In this document: in pieces, positions 13,401 to 28,368 of the stretch
Layout: the number at the start of each line of letters is the position of its first letter
Position numbering within the stretch: position 1 is the first letter of the stretch
From: Octopus bimaculoides
Taxonomy: Eukaryota
NCBI RefSeq assembly: GCF_001194135.2
Contig: NC_068986.1
Coordinates: forward strand, 76,684,848-76,743,727
Direction of reading: 5' to 3'
Length of the DNA stretch: 58,880 nucleotides
Notes under the pieces: model-generated
What the model was told of the DNA's origin: nothing
The model's input: only the letters and a program-made list of their open reading frames with translations
Databases searched by the model: none
Program-made: the position numbers and the translations under genes

Positions 13401-16348
13401 CTGAGAAGAGGGTATTAGTAACATTACTTCTTGGCACCAGCCCAAGTTGTTCCTCATCTAAGCTAAATCTTTTTCTAATCAATTACAGTGTGACTCATTC
13501 AATAACTTTCATAACCTGGTTCATCAATTTGATACCACTGTAGTTTTCTCTCTCCACTGCTTATCATTTGCCTTTGTAGTAGTTGACAATGCGACTGTTA
13601 CACCAATCATTGGGCATGATATCTTCCTGCATTAGCTAAGTGATTTCGTGTATCATTAGCATGTGACCTATACCTTGCCAGATATTTTCAGCTTAACTAT
13701 AGTTAATATCCAGTTGTCTTCTATACCTTCCTATCCTTAAAAAGCTTGTTCCTCTGTTGGGTCTACTTGATTGAGACCCTCCTTTTCCCTATAAATTCTC
13801 CTCATTCAACAGCCTTTCATAATAGCGCTTCCATATCTCTTTCTTTACATGATTACTTAGGATAAATGTCATACTATCATTCTGCATACACTCCTCCCCA
13901 ATGACTTATCAGTTTCTCTAGTACACTAATAGGCACAAGCATGGGTATGTGGTTAAGAAGTTCACTTCCCAGCTCTGTGGTTTAAGGTTCAGTCCTACCA
14001 TGCAGCACTTAGAGCAAATGTCTTCTACAAAATAAAGCCTTGTAGATGGATTTAGTGGAAGTAAACTGAAAGAAGCCCCTTGTATGTATGTGTTGGGGTA
14101 TGTATTTGTGCTTCCTTGTCTTGACATTGTATGCTTATTGTAAATGAATGTCACTGTCATACAAGTGGTGTCTTTCATTTGCAATCTTCCATGAAATCAT
14201 GTCCAGCTGTTATGCTGTTCATTGATCAAAGGAGTGGAACTAACATTACCTTACTTAGAAATATGTGAGAGTTGGTGAACAGAAGGACATCCAGCTGTAG
14301 AAAATCTGCCTCAACAAAATTTTTTATGACCCATGTAAGCATGGAAAAAAGTGAACATTAAAATAATGATGATGATGACTGTCATGCAATGATGAACATC
14401 TCATGTGCTTTATTATCTATAGTAGAACCTCTTAATTTCTGGTTCAACTATAGTTAAATACATCTGACATTCTACCTTCTAGCTACTTTGTTTTGCTCTT
14501 TGCTTCTTCCTCTCTTCTAGTCTTTTTAAGCCTGTCTCGTAGCTTTTATGGGTCTACCTGCAATTTTTAATTATAATCTTTATTATGAAATGTAAACACA
14601 TTTTTTATTTCTCTTTCTGAGGAGAAAAATATTAGGGTTGTTCTGTTCAGACGAGTTTTATTTTGTTTGTATATTTTAAAGATTTCACAAGAAAGATGGT
14701 ATTATGTTTATAAAAATATTTCTTCTGTTTCTTTTCTTATAGAAATTGAAATTCTCTTCAAAAGTCTCAGATCGAACGACAGAGAAATTGACAAAAAAGC
14801 TGATCGAACATGTAAGTGGAATATATTATATTTGTTATATTGTCTATGTGTTTATGAGAGTTTAAACTGTTACATAGCTGAAAAAATATTTATCAAAGTA
14901 GGACACACAGTAATCACTTGAATAGCCAATCTTGTAGTACAGAAAAGGATCATATCTAATTATTGGTGTAGCAGTATCATCATTAACTGCTTCAAGGACA
15001 AAAATGTTCAAGAAATAATTAACTACAGAGAGCTAAGTTATGAAAGTAACTGAAAGTATTATAGTACCAAGTAAGGCAACCATGGAATTCTTAGCTAAGA
15101 GCACACCTAATATTTGTTGACCTAGAGAAGGCCTTTGATAGGTATATACTCGGTTGACAAGTAGTTGATAAGAAAGTTTACCAGGTGCAGATGAATGGTT
15201 TGTGAGAGTTGCGTAAACCATCTACAGAGATTTTGTTAGCAAAGTGAGAGTTAACAAGAAATTTAGCAAGGAATATAACTTGTGGTTAGGTGTTCATTTT
15301 CTACCATGGCTTTGGGTTAACCAAAGCCTTGTGAATGAAATTTGGTAGATAGAAAGTGTGTGGAAGATTGTTGAAGAAATCGATCCTATTCTTGAGTAGC
15401 AGACTTAATCCATAACCTAGTTTTACACCACTGCTTAATCCTTAGGTAACTTTAACAGAATCTATTCATGCTATGCTGTCAGTCTAAGGATAACTTCTTT
15501 CCACTAGTTACAGATTTCATGAAAATAGTCATGGGCACTGTCCCTCTATTGAAAATATCTTGAATTTCTGATTTCCTGAAATGATATGTTGCTTCTAAGA
15601 TACTTCATTGTTTTACTTTAAAACATTATAAAACTGACTGAGAACATTTGATGACTGCCAATGACAATAATAAAATAAAACCCTAAGCAAGCTTGACTGG
15701 CTCTCTAAGGAAGAAGAAGAAAAAAAATGCCATCCTATCAAATGATTGTATACTGTCTGACATACCTGGAGTATTCCTTCACAAATCTGCTGTATTCTTT
15801 TTCAATATTTTCTCTATCATTGATTCTCTTATATTGTCTTATTTTCAGCTAGTAGTCAATCCCAAAAGGGTTATGTTACAAAACAGTGTGTGATGTGTCA
15901 ACTGTCAAAAAGTAATGATTTTTCTGAACCAAATACTTTAAAGTATAATTGTTAGCTATTACTTTTATCATTTCTTTAGTCTAAATATAGTTAGGTTCTT
16001 ATTTTAGCTAGAACTCACTGTTGCTTGTGAGTTTAATATATCAAGTTTTTTCTGATGTGAATGTTTCAGAGTAATTTGTTGAGTTGTTGATGTTGTTATG
16101 TTGTAGTTGTTGTAAGTTAAATTTTACTTAAATATATATAAAAAAATTAATGATTAGAACAATTAAAGTTTAATTAACTAATTCCAGTTGAGAAAAAAAT
16201 CAAACAAAACAGTGAATTGAAATTGATCAAAAATGGAATAAAGTCAGGGGGAAGCGTATCTGATCTTCAAAAGTATGGGGACAACTATGGACTGATTAGA
16301 TCACCTCAGTGTGTCTAACCAAGGCTGCAGTTCTTTGAATGACAGGAA

Positions 16349-16407
<59 letters not shown>

Positions 16408-16919
16408 CATACAAATATTATATTGGCATATACATGTACATATGTGTGTGAGAGTGCGTGTATAGATAGATAGATAGATAGATAGGTAGATAGATATGTA
16501 TGTATGTATGTATAAACATAAATAGGATTTTTGTAAATGAGCCTAGGTATGCTTGAGTAGACAAGAATGTATGTATTTGATTAAAGTGTTTAATATAATT
16601 TCCAGTTGTATCAATGTTATGCTTTTAGATTTACATTTTGAATGGAGGTGTTGATGGTAGCAGCTGTTGTTCACACAAAGGTTTTTCTATAGTCAAGTGA
16701 TTGATTTCTTATTATTTATATTTTAGATGTTTCAGTCATTAGGCTGTAGCTATTCTGGGATATTGCCTTGAAGGGTTTAGTCAAAGAAATCAATCCCAGG
16801 ACTTACTTTTTAAGTCTGGTACTTATTCTACTGGTCCCTTTTGCTGAACTGCTAAATTATGAGAATATAAACAAATAGGTGGTGGTGGGTGACAAACACA
16901 ACACATACACAGACGTACT

Positions 16920-16999
<80 letters not shown>

Positions 17000-19291
17000 N
17001 NNNNNNNNNNNNNNNNNNNNNNNNNNNNNNNNNNNNNNNNNNNNNNNNNNNNNNNNNNNNNNNNNNNNNNNNNNNNNNNNNNNNNNNNNNNNNNNNNNNN
17101 NNNNNNNNNNNNNNNNNNNNNNNNNNNNNNNNNNNNNNNNNNNNNNNNNNNNNNNNNNNNNNNNNNNNNNNNNNNNNNNNNNNNNNNNNNNNNNNNNNNN
17201 NNNNNNNNNNNNNNNNNNNNNNNNNNNNNNNNNNNNNNNNNNNNNNNNNNNNNNNNNNNNNNNNNNNNNNNNNNNNNNNNNNNNNNNNNNNNNNNNNNNN
17301 NNNNNNNNNNNNNNNNNNNNNNNNNNNNNNNNNNNNNNNNNNNNNNNNNNNNNNNNNNNNNNNNNNNNNNNNNNNNNNNNNNNNNNNNNNNNNNNNNNNN
17401 NNNNNNNNNNNNNNNNNNNNNNNNNNNNNNNNNNNNNNNNNNNNNNNNNNNNNNNNNNNNNNNNNNNNNNNNNNNNNNNNNNNNNNNNNNNNNNNNNNNN
17501 NNNNNNAAACAAGCATACATACACAAATGAAGACTGTAACACATGACCATATATACACACACACACTTTACTTCACACAAGGACACATATGGAGACACAT
17601 GTCCACACATATGGAGATGCACATCCATACATACAAACACAGTACATAGTTGCAAAACACACACACACACAGACATGCACACACAAGGAGACAGAGGTAC
17701 ACACACACACACACAGACATGCATAAAAACACAAACACAGACATGCAAACACATGAATATGCAGAATACATACATACAAATATACACACGTATATACATA
17801 AGCACACACACATACATACATACACACACACACATACATACATACATACACACACATGCATACATACATGCATGTGTAGGCGCACGCACACACTAATTCA
17901 CACACATGCACACAAACAAACAAAAAGGAACGCAGTGTGAATAATGGACAGTCAATGACTATTGAAAAGAATGCAAGACGCAACGAAAATTTTAGAAAAA
18001 TAAAAAAGAAATAAGTGGAAATTTTACCGGTGAGTGTGTTAAATTATAAGGCACTAAAAGAGAATGACTCTCCCCAGACACAACAGAATATACTTCAACA
18101 CATGAACTCACAGAAAGAATCTTGCAAACCAAATCCCAAAACGAAATTGATTAACAATGTTTTTTGTTTGTCCATGTAGTGCATAGATGTAAAGATTTTT
18201 GTAACTTCCTACTCTTGAACATCCAACATAAAGCTGATCATGGTTGAAACAGGGCTCTGAATTTGTTGATGTTCATGGCAAAACTAAGACACACTGGAAA
18301 TTGAAGTTGTTTGAATTGAAATGGTACATTGTCTCCTGAGTCTGTGTGATGGAGGCTCTTGTATCTTATGTTCAGTTGTCTCCATGTGACAGAGGCTTGT
18401 GTTTGCATATCAAGCCCATTCTTTCTCTGTTCAAGTGTCGCCTGGGCTCACTACTGATACTTTGTGAGAGTCTTTCAATTTGTGCCTATATCATATTTAA
18501 AACCACTGCTCTTTCATAAATTGCTTTTCAATAATTATGGTTTTATTTTCAATTTTTCATTATCTAGCAACGAGAAATAGCACGACTTTCTGGTAGCTTG
18601 GAGTTCAAGTTGAAAGATGGCAAAAAAGTATATACCTTATTGATGTCTACAAATTATTCCCGTGAAGAATGGAAAGAAGCCATCATTTCTTTAAAAGATA
18701 AATGTAAGTTCTGACCCATCTGTTATTTCATTTTTGTACTCTTTTAAAATATTTTAAATCTCTAAACTCTAAGACTATTTAACACATTCAGAATAAGTAT
18801 GCCAAAAAAGAGGTAGACACTACATGGTCACTCAAGCTGTTAAAAATGGCAGCCAAATCTCTCTTAAATCATATCCTGTCATCTTAAAAAAAAAAAAAGC
18901 AAGTATATTGGATAACGTAGTCTGGATATATTATGTCTAGACATAAGACAGGATAATCAAGGCTGAAATGCTTCTGATTATAGGTCTACTGGTTAGGGCT
19001 GCTCTGGGCCAAGCAACAACTTTATTGTAAAAAACCATTAGTGATATGTTGAAGCAGGTGCATAAAACATACAAAGGTTGGGGTACAGATAAAAGAACTT
19101 CCTTCTTACTAAATGAGTTTACTGCAATCATAATTATGACTCAGTTATATTCCTAATGTATGTATTGTGTCTTCTGTTTCTATAACTGAATGTGTGTGTA
19201 TGTACCACTCTTATAAATATCATTGTGTTTTCATTTGGTCTGTGCCATGTAAAGAAAGATAACTTCAATCTTAATGTGGTTACTCCCTTAG

Positions 19292-19378
<87 letters not shown>

Positions 19379-22070
19379 ACATTTGAGTTCAGCCCCATAC
19401 AATATGCAGGCTTTAAAGTTGTTTGGAGCTGAATCAAACTGTACTATATGTAGCTCCTACAAAATGTTTTGAGTGCCGCTTTCTTGTGTTTGTCCACTCA
19501 CTCACGTATGCGTGTGTGTGCATATGTATATATGTGCCACATAAAAAGCACCCAGCACATTCTGTAAAGTGACTGGTGTTAAGGAAGCTCATTCAGCCGT
19601 AAAAACCAAACCAAATCAGACTGGATCCTGGTGCAGCTCTCCTGCTTACCAGCTCTGGTCAAACTGTCCAACCCATGCCATCATGGAAAATGGACATTAA
19701 AGAATGATGATGATGATGATGATGATATATAATATACCATATTTCTTTCTTCATTTAGCTTTTCAAGACTGTAACTACACAACATCAGATATCCAGCAAA
19801 TAGTAACAAATTGTAAAAAGGTAGGTTTTTCTTTATTCTGCTATTATTCTACAATATCAGGTAATCCTTCTTTACATACTTGTTGATTAATCTGAACATT
19901 AAAGAGAGCTGCTATATGGTAACTTGACCTGTTAGTAATAACAACTATATTTCTCTCATCTTACACATTACCATCTTGAAATGAGAAGGGTGCATTCACT
20001 GGATAATGTAATTTATATATGCAGTGTCTGAGAGAAGGTAGGAACAGTCATAACTAGAATACTTTTTAGTCATAGGTTTATACAGTTAGTCATGACTTGT
20101 GGCTGAACAACAACAGCAACACCAAAAATGGTTCCAACTATCATTGCCCTCACCAATGTTATCCTTATCTGTGTTGTTGTCATTCAGCTTCTTATCACCA
20201 TCTTATTGGACTGGGGCATGTGAAATTAAGTGTACTACCCAGAGCCATAACAAAATCTGTGTAGGAAATTCATTTTTGAAGAAACTGATCTATAAATCCA
20301 ACAATACCTTATTTACTCAATCATTTTAATAGATCAACTGAATATTTTTTGTTTTATTTCATTTACATAGACAGTGGAATGTAGAATTAGATCACCTAAC
20401 AAAATACCTTGTGGTATTTAGTTAATCCTTTGGCATTCTGAGTACAACTCCTACCCAGGTCAACTTTTTCTTTCATGCTTTTGAAGGTTGATAGAATAGG
20501 TGCTAGTGAAATATTGGAAGTTGGATTGATTCTGTCAACTTTATTCTACCCCATCATAGCAACAGTCAAGTGTCTGAAACAAATAAAAGAATAGAATAAT
20601 TTAAATCATGTGAATTAAATTTTTAAATTAGTTTCACAGAAAACTGATCCTTAAAACTGTTTTAAATTCTGAATATCAAATTCTAGATACCTTTTGGTGA
20701 AAATCTTTATCTTGCTGCATTAGGGTTCAACTCATCTCTATCTAAATTCTCTTGATGTAAACATTGGTTCCATTTTCAACCATGTACCAACCATTTGTAA
20801 TTAATATAGCCATAAGCATTTCAATCATGAAAACCTAATTCAGATTGAGGCTGAAATCCATTTCTGTCAGTACAACACATCCAATGAATAAATCTGGAAA
20901 TATTTCAAAGATTTTCTTAAAATTACAAGATTCCAAGTTTATGAAGTTTTATCTATTCATGCAAAAGTCCACAAAGATTAGAAAGTTTTCTTTTCGTTTG
21001 TGTGATAAGAAGTTTGTTTCCCAACCACGTGATACTCGGTTCAGTCCCACTGCATGGCATCTTAGGGAAGTGTCTTCTACAATAGCCTTGGGCTGACCAA
21101 AGCCTTGTGGGTGCAGTTCGTAGATGGAAATTGAAAGGGTCCTGTCATATATATTTATGTGTATGTGTCTTTGTGTCTGTGTTTGTCCACCACCATCACT
21201 ACTTGACAACTGATGTTGGTGTGTTTATGATCCTATAACTTAGTTGTTCAGCAAAAGCAACCAATAGAATAAGTACCAGGTTTTAAAAAAATAAGTACTG
21301 GGGTCAATTCATTCAACTAAAAATTCTTCAATGTGGTGCCCCGGCATGGCCACAGTCTAATGACTGAAACAAGTAAAATATAAAAGATGAAAGCATGTTA
21401 ATTAATTTTTAGAGATTGATTTTTGAGCCTTTATCTTATTTTTGTTAATGATTTCAAATCGTCTGATATTTCTAATGATTTTAAATTCATTTTAAATTTT
21501 TGTTTTTCTTCCATTTTTTTCAGTTACCAAGCATAATCAACACAGTATTTTCACAGAAAGGTAAACAAAACAGTCCCCTTGATGACTTTATCCAGTTTCA
21601 TTGTCAAATAATATTTAAGATTTGATAATGAATGTTTAATAGTAAATTGTGGACGATATGATTCATGGACAGGATTAATGTCAAAAACTAAATTCTTTAC
21701 CATAGTTTTTTCTAAGCAAATTTTCACAACAGCTAAAATTAAGCCAATGTGAATGTTGAAGTGTTATAATTTCGATTCAATTTTCATTTCATCCTTTCAA
21801 GTCATTAAAATAACTTGAGATATATTTAATTATAAATAAACTGAACGGAATTTTAGTACCATGGTTATGGTTCTAACACATTGTAAATTTACATCTATAT
21901 TCTTGTAAATTTACATCTAAAATTTTTTTCTTGTTTCCTCTACCCCTTAAAATGACTTTTTCGTGTCCATGGTTGTTTTCGAAACTGTAACCATTTATAT
22001 TAATTCATCAAATAACTTTCAAATTTGCAATCTCTCCCTCTAAAATAGTAATCCCTTCCCTTGTTTCTTG

Positions 22071-22115
<45 letters not shown>

Positions 22116-24954
22116 TGTCTGCTAAAATAATTTCTTTCCTGTCTGTATCTCTCTTATTTCTTGTTGCAATGGCTATTCCCTGCTGTTGTTTCTCTTACAA
22201 GCTTAAGGTGAAGCCTGCCAACTTCGTCCATTTCCGGCTGTTGCCTCCACACCTGTTCTCCTAACTCTCTCAGACTTTTGTTAGTTTATTCCATGTGTTT
22301 GGCTTTATTGAGGACACTCGAAAATATGCACAGCTAAGCTAAGAATTTCTCTTATTTTTAATTTTCTCATTCATTCAAACTCATCTATTCTCTAAAATAA
22401 TTCTTTCTTGTTCTGCTCCTACAATGACTAACCTTGTTTCTTGGCTACATATATGTATATACATATTTCGTACTTTTCTCTAAAATAATTCTTTCTTGTT
22501 TGCTTTACCTCTTAAATGACTTTTCATGTCCATGGTTGCGCCCATCCTTTTCACCCCTACCACCAATACCAGAAATCTCTTTCTCTTACTGGACACCCAG
22601 TTGCCCTTCCCCTTGCTCCTCTTACATTGGTAATCTTGCTGCTCTCTCCTTTCTCTCCCAACCATCTCTGGACTAACTAAACCAGATAGCAGCCCAGTTA
22701 CCCTCTTTCTCTCTCTCTCTCTCTTTTATATTTATATCTGCAGTATCAGTAATGCTTACACCCACAATGCTCATAATGCTTATATTTACAATGACCCAAA
22801 CAGTTACATGTACAATACTTCCTTACTCCCACCTCCCAGTAGAGGCAACAACCTTATCCAGTCTCCAGCTGCTTCAGATGCCAAGATGTCAAAAATTGTC
22901 AAAGTCTAGTACAATAGTTTTGCTATGGAATGGTGAAGCTATTTTCCCATTTTCTGAAAAAGCAACACTTTTGAATAATAGCAACAATATATATATATAT
23001 ATATACACACACATACATACATATGATGAAAGAGCAAAGACTGGAAGAAACACAACAAAAAGGACAACCTTTCACAAAGATGTTATTAGTTTCACACATG
23101 TTAACATTTATGTACCTGCTTCCCTATTTCTGTTTTTCAATAATCGATGATATGTTCAACATTTTTAACATCAAATTTATTAGACAGGGGAATATATTTT
23201 ATAATTGGAATATTGTGTACAAGGAATGGAATGTTTCCTTGCTATTTCATTAACTTAATTGTATATATGATTTAATATTGAGTACTTTGTATCTTGCTGT
23301 TATTAATCCCAATATGGCTACTTAATATGTTATGTCTTGTATTTTTAAAGTAGAGGAACATCTGTTTGGAGGATCCTTGTCTGTGACTCTTCATGAACTG
23401 ACTGGCCTTGATGAAGTTTGTGGTAAGAAATGGTTTCAAATTTTTCTTCTGTAAATTCATTCATCTCTATTGATGAAGAAATACTTGCAGCTGAAATATT
23501 ACAACATTATGCAAGGACTTGCTATGACATACAACTTATCCAAATTTAGCAACTTCATTGTAAAATGTTTGTCGACACAGTTTTCCACTTGTTTTCTCAC
23601 ACTCTGGTTACTTACTAGTCATGACAGTTATTTGACAACTTTAATTTCGGTGAATATTAGTGGATGTTGTTTTTAAACCTTCCCCCAAGTAATTTTAGTC
23701 ACTAATCAATGATTTGAATATTGTTTTGTTATTTCATATGAACTAAACTGCATCCATCTATTAAATGGAGATAAAGTAGCAAATTGGTTGATTTTTTTAG
23801 AGTATTGAATGGAATGTGTTTTTGACTGTCTGCACTCAAAGTTCAAATCCCACCAGGATCAACTTTGTCTTTCATCCTTTAGGGATCAATAAATAATGTA
23901 TCAGTCCAGGATAGTGGCTTAGTGAAGTTGTTAGAGCATTGAATGAGGTGCCATGTATTATCTGTTCTGATTCTTTGTGTTCTCACTTCAAATTTCACTT
24001 TTCACTGCCACCAACCTTTCTCTTGGCTGAAGACCAGTCCTTTCAGGCTCAGCTAATGGTGATACATCTCCAATGTTAGATGGAGTGATGTGCCAAATTG
24101 TATTTCAGTTATATCAACATAAAAATATGAGCATACCTTGTACTGAAGCAGTATAACTGCTAGAATACAAAACTGAATAATGAATATGGGGATTTATTTC
24201 TATGTTTTTCCAAATTGTTGTTGGACTTGATCTAATCTGGTATTCTTTACTCTATTATTGGCCATATCTATAGAATAGGTTTTGATTTTGTACATAATTT
24301 TAGACTTAAGAAAAATTCCAATTGGCTGGTGTCAAATTAATTGGCTTCTGCCTGAATTATTATATAGACATGACAATACTATGCAATATAAATGAGGTTA
24401 CAGATTTTTGGTTTAAATAAATTCCAAGCAAATTCATTAAGGTAACAACAGAATCAGTAATACAGAGTAGACAATTCCTTGGAATATTCTTCAAAATACC
24501 TTATATTAGAGATAATTGTTGTTTTACATGTTTAGAATGTGGGAATGGTTTGTTTGGAATATGTCAATCATTTAATGACATCTACTTGTGCTTTGGAAAC
24601 TCTTGAAATATGTTATGATTTTGGTAACTATGAATGATGGAATGAATCAAAAGTTTTTTCATAATTACATTTGTAAGATTTCTCTAGTATTGTCTTTCTT
24701 CAGAAACTAAATAGTTCTTTATTACTATCATCATCATCAGCAGCAGCAGCAGTAGTAGTAGTAGTAGTATAATAGTAGTAGTAGTAGCAGCAGCAGCAGT
24801 CACAGTAGTAGTTAAGAACTGTTAAGACAGTCTCAGAATCAATTCTCTGTTTCTTCATCAGCTATAACTTGTTGATTTCACATTGATTCTTGCAAAATAA
24901 TGTTGGATATAAATTTTTACAGTTCAATGTTTTCCATTTTGAATTTTGTTTGTT

Positions 24955-24993
<39 letters not shown>

Positions 24994-25449
24994 ACACATG
25001 CATATGTATGCATGGTGTGCTTTAGCTAAAATGATCATTGTGATTCAAATATGTTCTTCCCTTTTTATCTAGGTACATATTGCTGTCTGGAGCTCGACTC
25101 TTGTGGGCAGTTCTTCACCAAAGCTCGGTCTGCCGTCAAAGAATCAACTAATCCAGTTTGGAATGAAGAATTTGAATTGGAACTTGATTATTCTCAAACA
25201 TTGCGGATCCTTTGTTTCAAGAGGAACATAGACAACGGTGACATTCTTCTTGGAAAAAGTGCTCTTGCAGTAAGCAATGGAATTTTACAAAAATATTGTG
25301 ATGAAACTTTACAAAGTTATCTATGATAAAATTCATTATCATCATCATCATCACTGCTTCACACCCACTTTTCTAAACCTACATGGGTTGGACAGACCAC
25401 TGACTGTAAATGTGTGTGTGTGTATATATATATGTATGTATATACATAC

Positions 25450-25507
<58 letters not shown>

Positions 25508-25508
25508 A

Positions 25509-25596
<88 letters not shown>

Positions 25597-26562
25597 TTAG
25601 ACTCGGCAATGAAACCCCGGTCTCGCGCCATTTCCGCTCTACTGGTCATTCATTACAACACCTGTTTGTGTTCAGATTGTCTTTGCACAGAGGCCATCCG
25701 GACTCCCGCCTTCACCGTGAACAGGAATTGATCTTCACTCCTTTGCACCACATGGGCTCAACTCCTCTCTCCTCTTCATATGACTCCCTACTTCTTCTCT
25801 CTTCATGTGGCACCTTCTTCCTCACTTCACTCCTACCCACCTCTCCTATCTTCTCTTGCCTTGACACCTACTTTCTCTCGTCACTCCTATCCACCTTCTC
25901 CCTTCATTGATGCCACCTCCACATATCCCACTCCCACATGCCCAAGTCCTACCCCTACATCCTCACCCCAAACCCACACTCACCACCACACCACACCACA
26001 TCACCCCCATCCACACCACTCCACAAACAGGAGCACTGACCACTTTCCACCACCCACATCACACACCATCATTCACAAACCCACACATTACAGACACACA
26101 CACTTACACACGCACACATCCTCATATCAGTCACTAGCCCCTATCCACACACTTACACACTCTTACATACACACACACATGCACCTTTTTTAGGATCACC
26201 AATACTTTATTATCTCCCCTTCTTCCTAGCTCTCCTGTCCAATGACCTTTTCCCAACCAGTTGCCATGATTGACTGCTAAATCTACAAGTTTTTTTATTC
26301 CCTCTCTGCTTATTTCCTCGTATTCCTTTCTGTTGAGGAGCATAGGCTTGAAATGTAAAAGACTTTCTCACCTTCCCAAACATCAAACTAATACACTTGC
26401 TTGTTTATACACCGATCTTCATCTTGTTTTTCTGTAAATTTCAACGAGACCGATAGAATAAGTACTAGGCTTACAAAGAATAAGTCCCGGGGTTGATTTG
26501 CTCGACTAAAAAGGCGGTGCTCCAGCATGGCCGCAGTCAAATGACTGAAACAAGTAAAAGAG

Positions 26563-26609
<47 letters not shown>

Positions 26610-28336
26610 ATATATCTATCTATTTATCTATCTATCTATTTATATATATCTATATATATATATACACACACACACATATATGTTAATATTTAGCATGACA
26701 TATGTATGTGTTAATATTTGGCATGGCATACACATATACATGCTCATATTTGACAGTCCTGCTCAGGTTATCTTTGTTCTGATATTTTTCTCAAAGGTGG
26801 ATAAAATAAAGTACCAGTCATGTATTGATGTCAATGAAATCAATTATTTCCCACCCTCTCAACATTTCAGGATTTGGGTCTATGAAAGTAATCAATAATA
26901 CCATATATGTTTGACATTGAATATAGCTGAAAGTGAATATACCTTTCTACTCAAGGCGTAAAATTTTGGGGGAGGGGACCAGTCGATTCGATCAACTCCA
27001 GTACGCAAGTAGTACTTAATTTATTGACCCCAAAAGGATGAAAGGCAAAGTCGACCTCAGCAGAATTTGAACTCAGAATGTAAAGACAGACGAAATACAG
27101 CTAAGCATTTCACCCAGCGTGCTAATATTTCACTGAAAGTGAATATATTTCATGTTTGAGTACTAATGCAAGCATGTCTGTGCGACTGAAAAGTTCACTT
27201 CCTAGCCATGTAGTTTGGGGTTCAGTCTCACTATTGCACCCTGTGGGTTCGGGGGTAGGACTGGGGTATGTGGGAGTGGGATATGTGGTCATATTGAGTT
27301 CTAGTATTTATTTCAGTCAGGCACTTATTTCATTGATTTCTCTTTAGGGAATCACTAAGTTCATAGTTGTGTGGTAAGAAGCTTGCTTCCCAACTACATG
27401 GCTCAGGGTTCAGTCCCACTGTGTGATACCTTGGGCAAGTGTCTTCTACTATATCTTTGGTCTGACTAAAGCCTTGTGAGTGGATTTGGTTCACGGAAAC
27501 TGAAAGAAGCCCATCATATATATGTATGTATGTCCTTGTCCTTTTGTCTGTGTTTGTCCCTCCCACTACTACTTGACAACTGGTGTTGGTGTATTTACGT
27601 CCCCATAACTTACCAGTTCAGCAAAAGAGGCTCATAGAATAAGTATCAGGCTTTAAAACAAAATAAGTACTGGGGTCGATACATTCAACTAAAAATTCTT
27701 GAAAGCAATGCCTCAGTACAGCTGCCATTTAATGACTGAAACAAGTAATAAAAATAAAAGATACAGGATGCAACTTAACATTCTGGTTTACATTGGTAAC
27801 TATAAACAAAGACACATATATATTATTATAATAAATTCACATATATATTTCTCCCTAATAATTTCTATAATGCTATTCACGTTTTCATTTTTCCCTTTTA
27901 CAGCTAAGTAAAGACTGGTTATCTAATTTCACCCGGAAGACGATTTCTATGAATAAGGTATGTATTCTAAGAGTTTTTATCGGTTTTTGTAACATTAAAA
28001 TTATTTAGTCAGCATGAATTCAGAGATTTTTTTTGCTTTCTTTGACTTATGATTTTGAATTTCTTATTAAAATAATTATGACCTGAATTTGTCATCTTCT
28101 ATGTAAACCTTCCTCTGGGTATTTTCTTAAAATGTTGGGTAGATGTCTTATTATTGCTAATGTATTAACATGTGTGTCAATAAACAAGAATGCCTATGTA
28201 AACATACAGTTCCATATCTCGAGCAAAAAATAGTCCTGTTTTTACTTTATAAGATTGTCGCAAAGATAATACAAGGATATCCAAACACCTAGTAATGCAA
28301 TGAACAGTGTTGTTAATGTTAATGACGATAATAATG

Positions 28337-28368
<32 letters not shown>

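Noticed and set aside
13080-15270. Inverted RTE relics flanking the in-frame 69-nt exon as a skipping switch
   Set aside because: The two relics are too diverged and deleted to pair convincingly by eye
16852-17983. Long ORFs (107-345 aa) in the ORF track
   Set aside because: Artefacts of the N gap and CA/GT microsatellites (HT/VC repeats); no coding signal
22752-22985. ORF resembling a CR1/Jockey linker (EKATLLN)
   Set aside because: Only a few residues of similarity; insufficient to call
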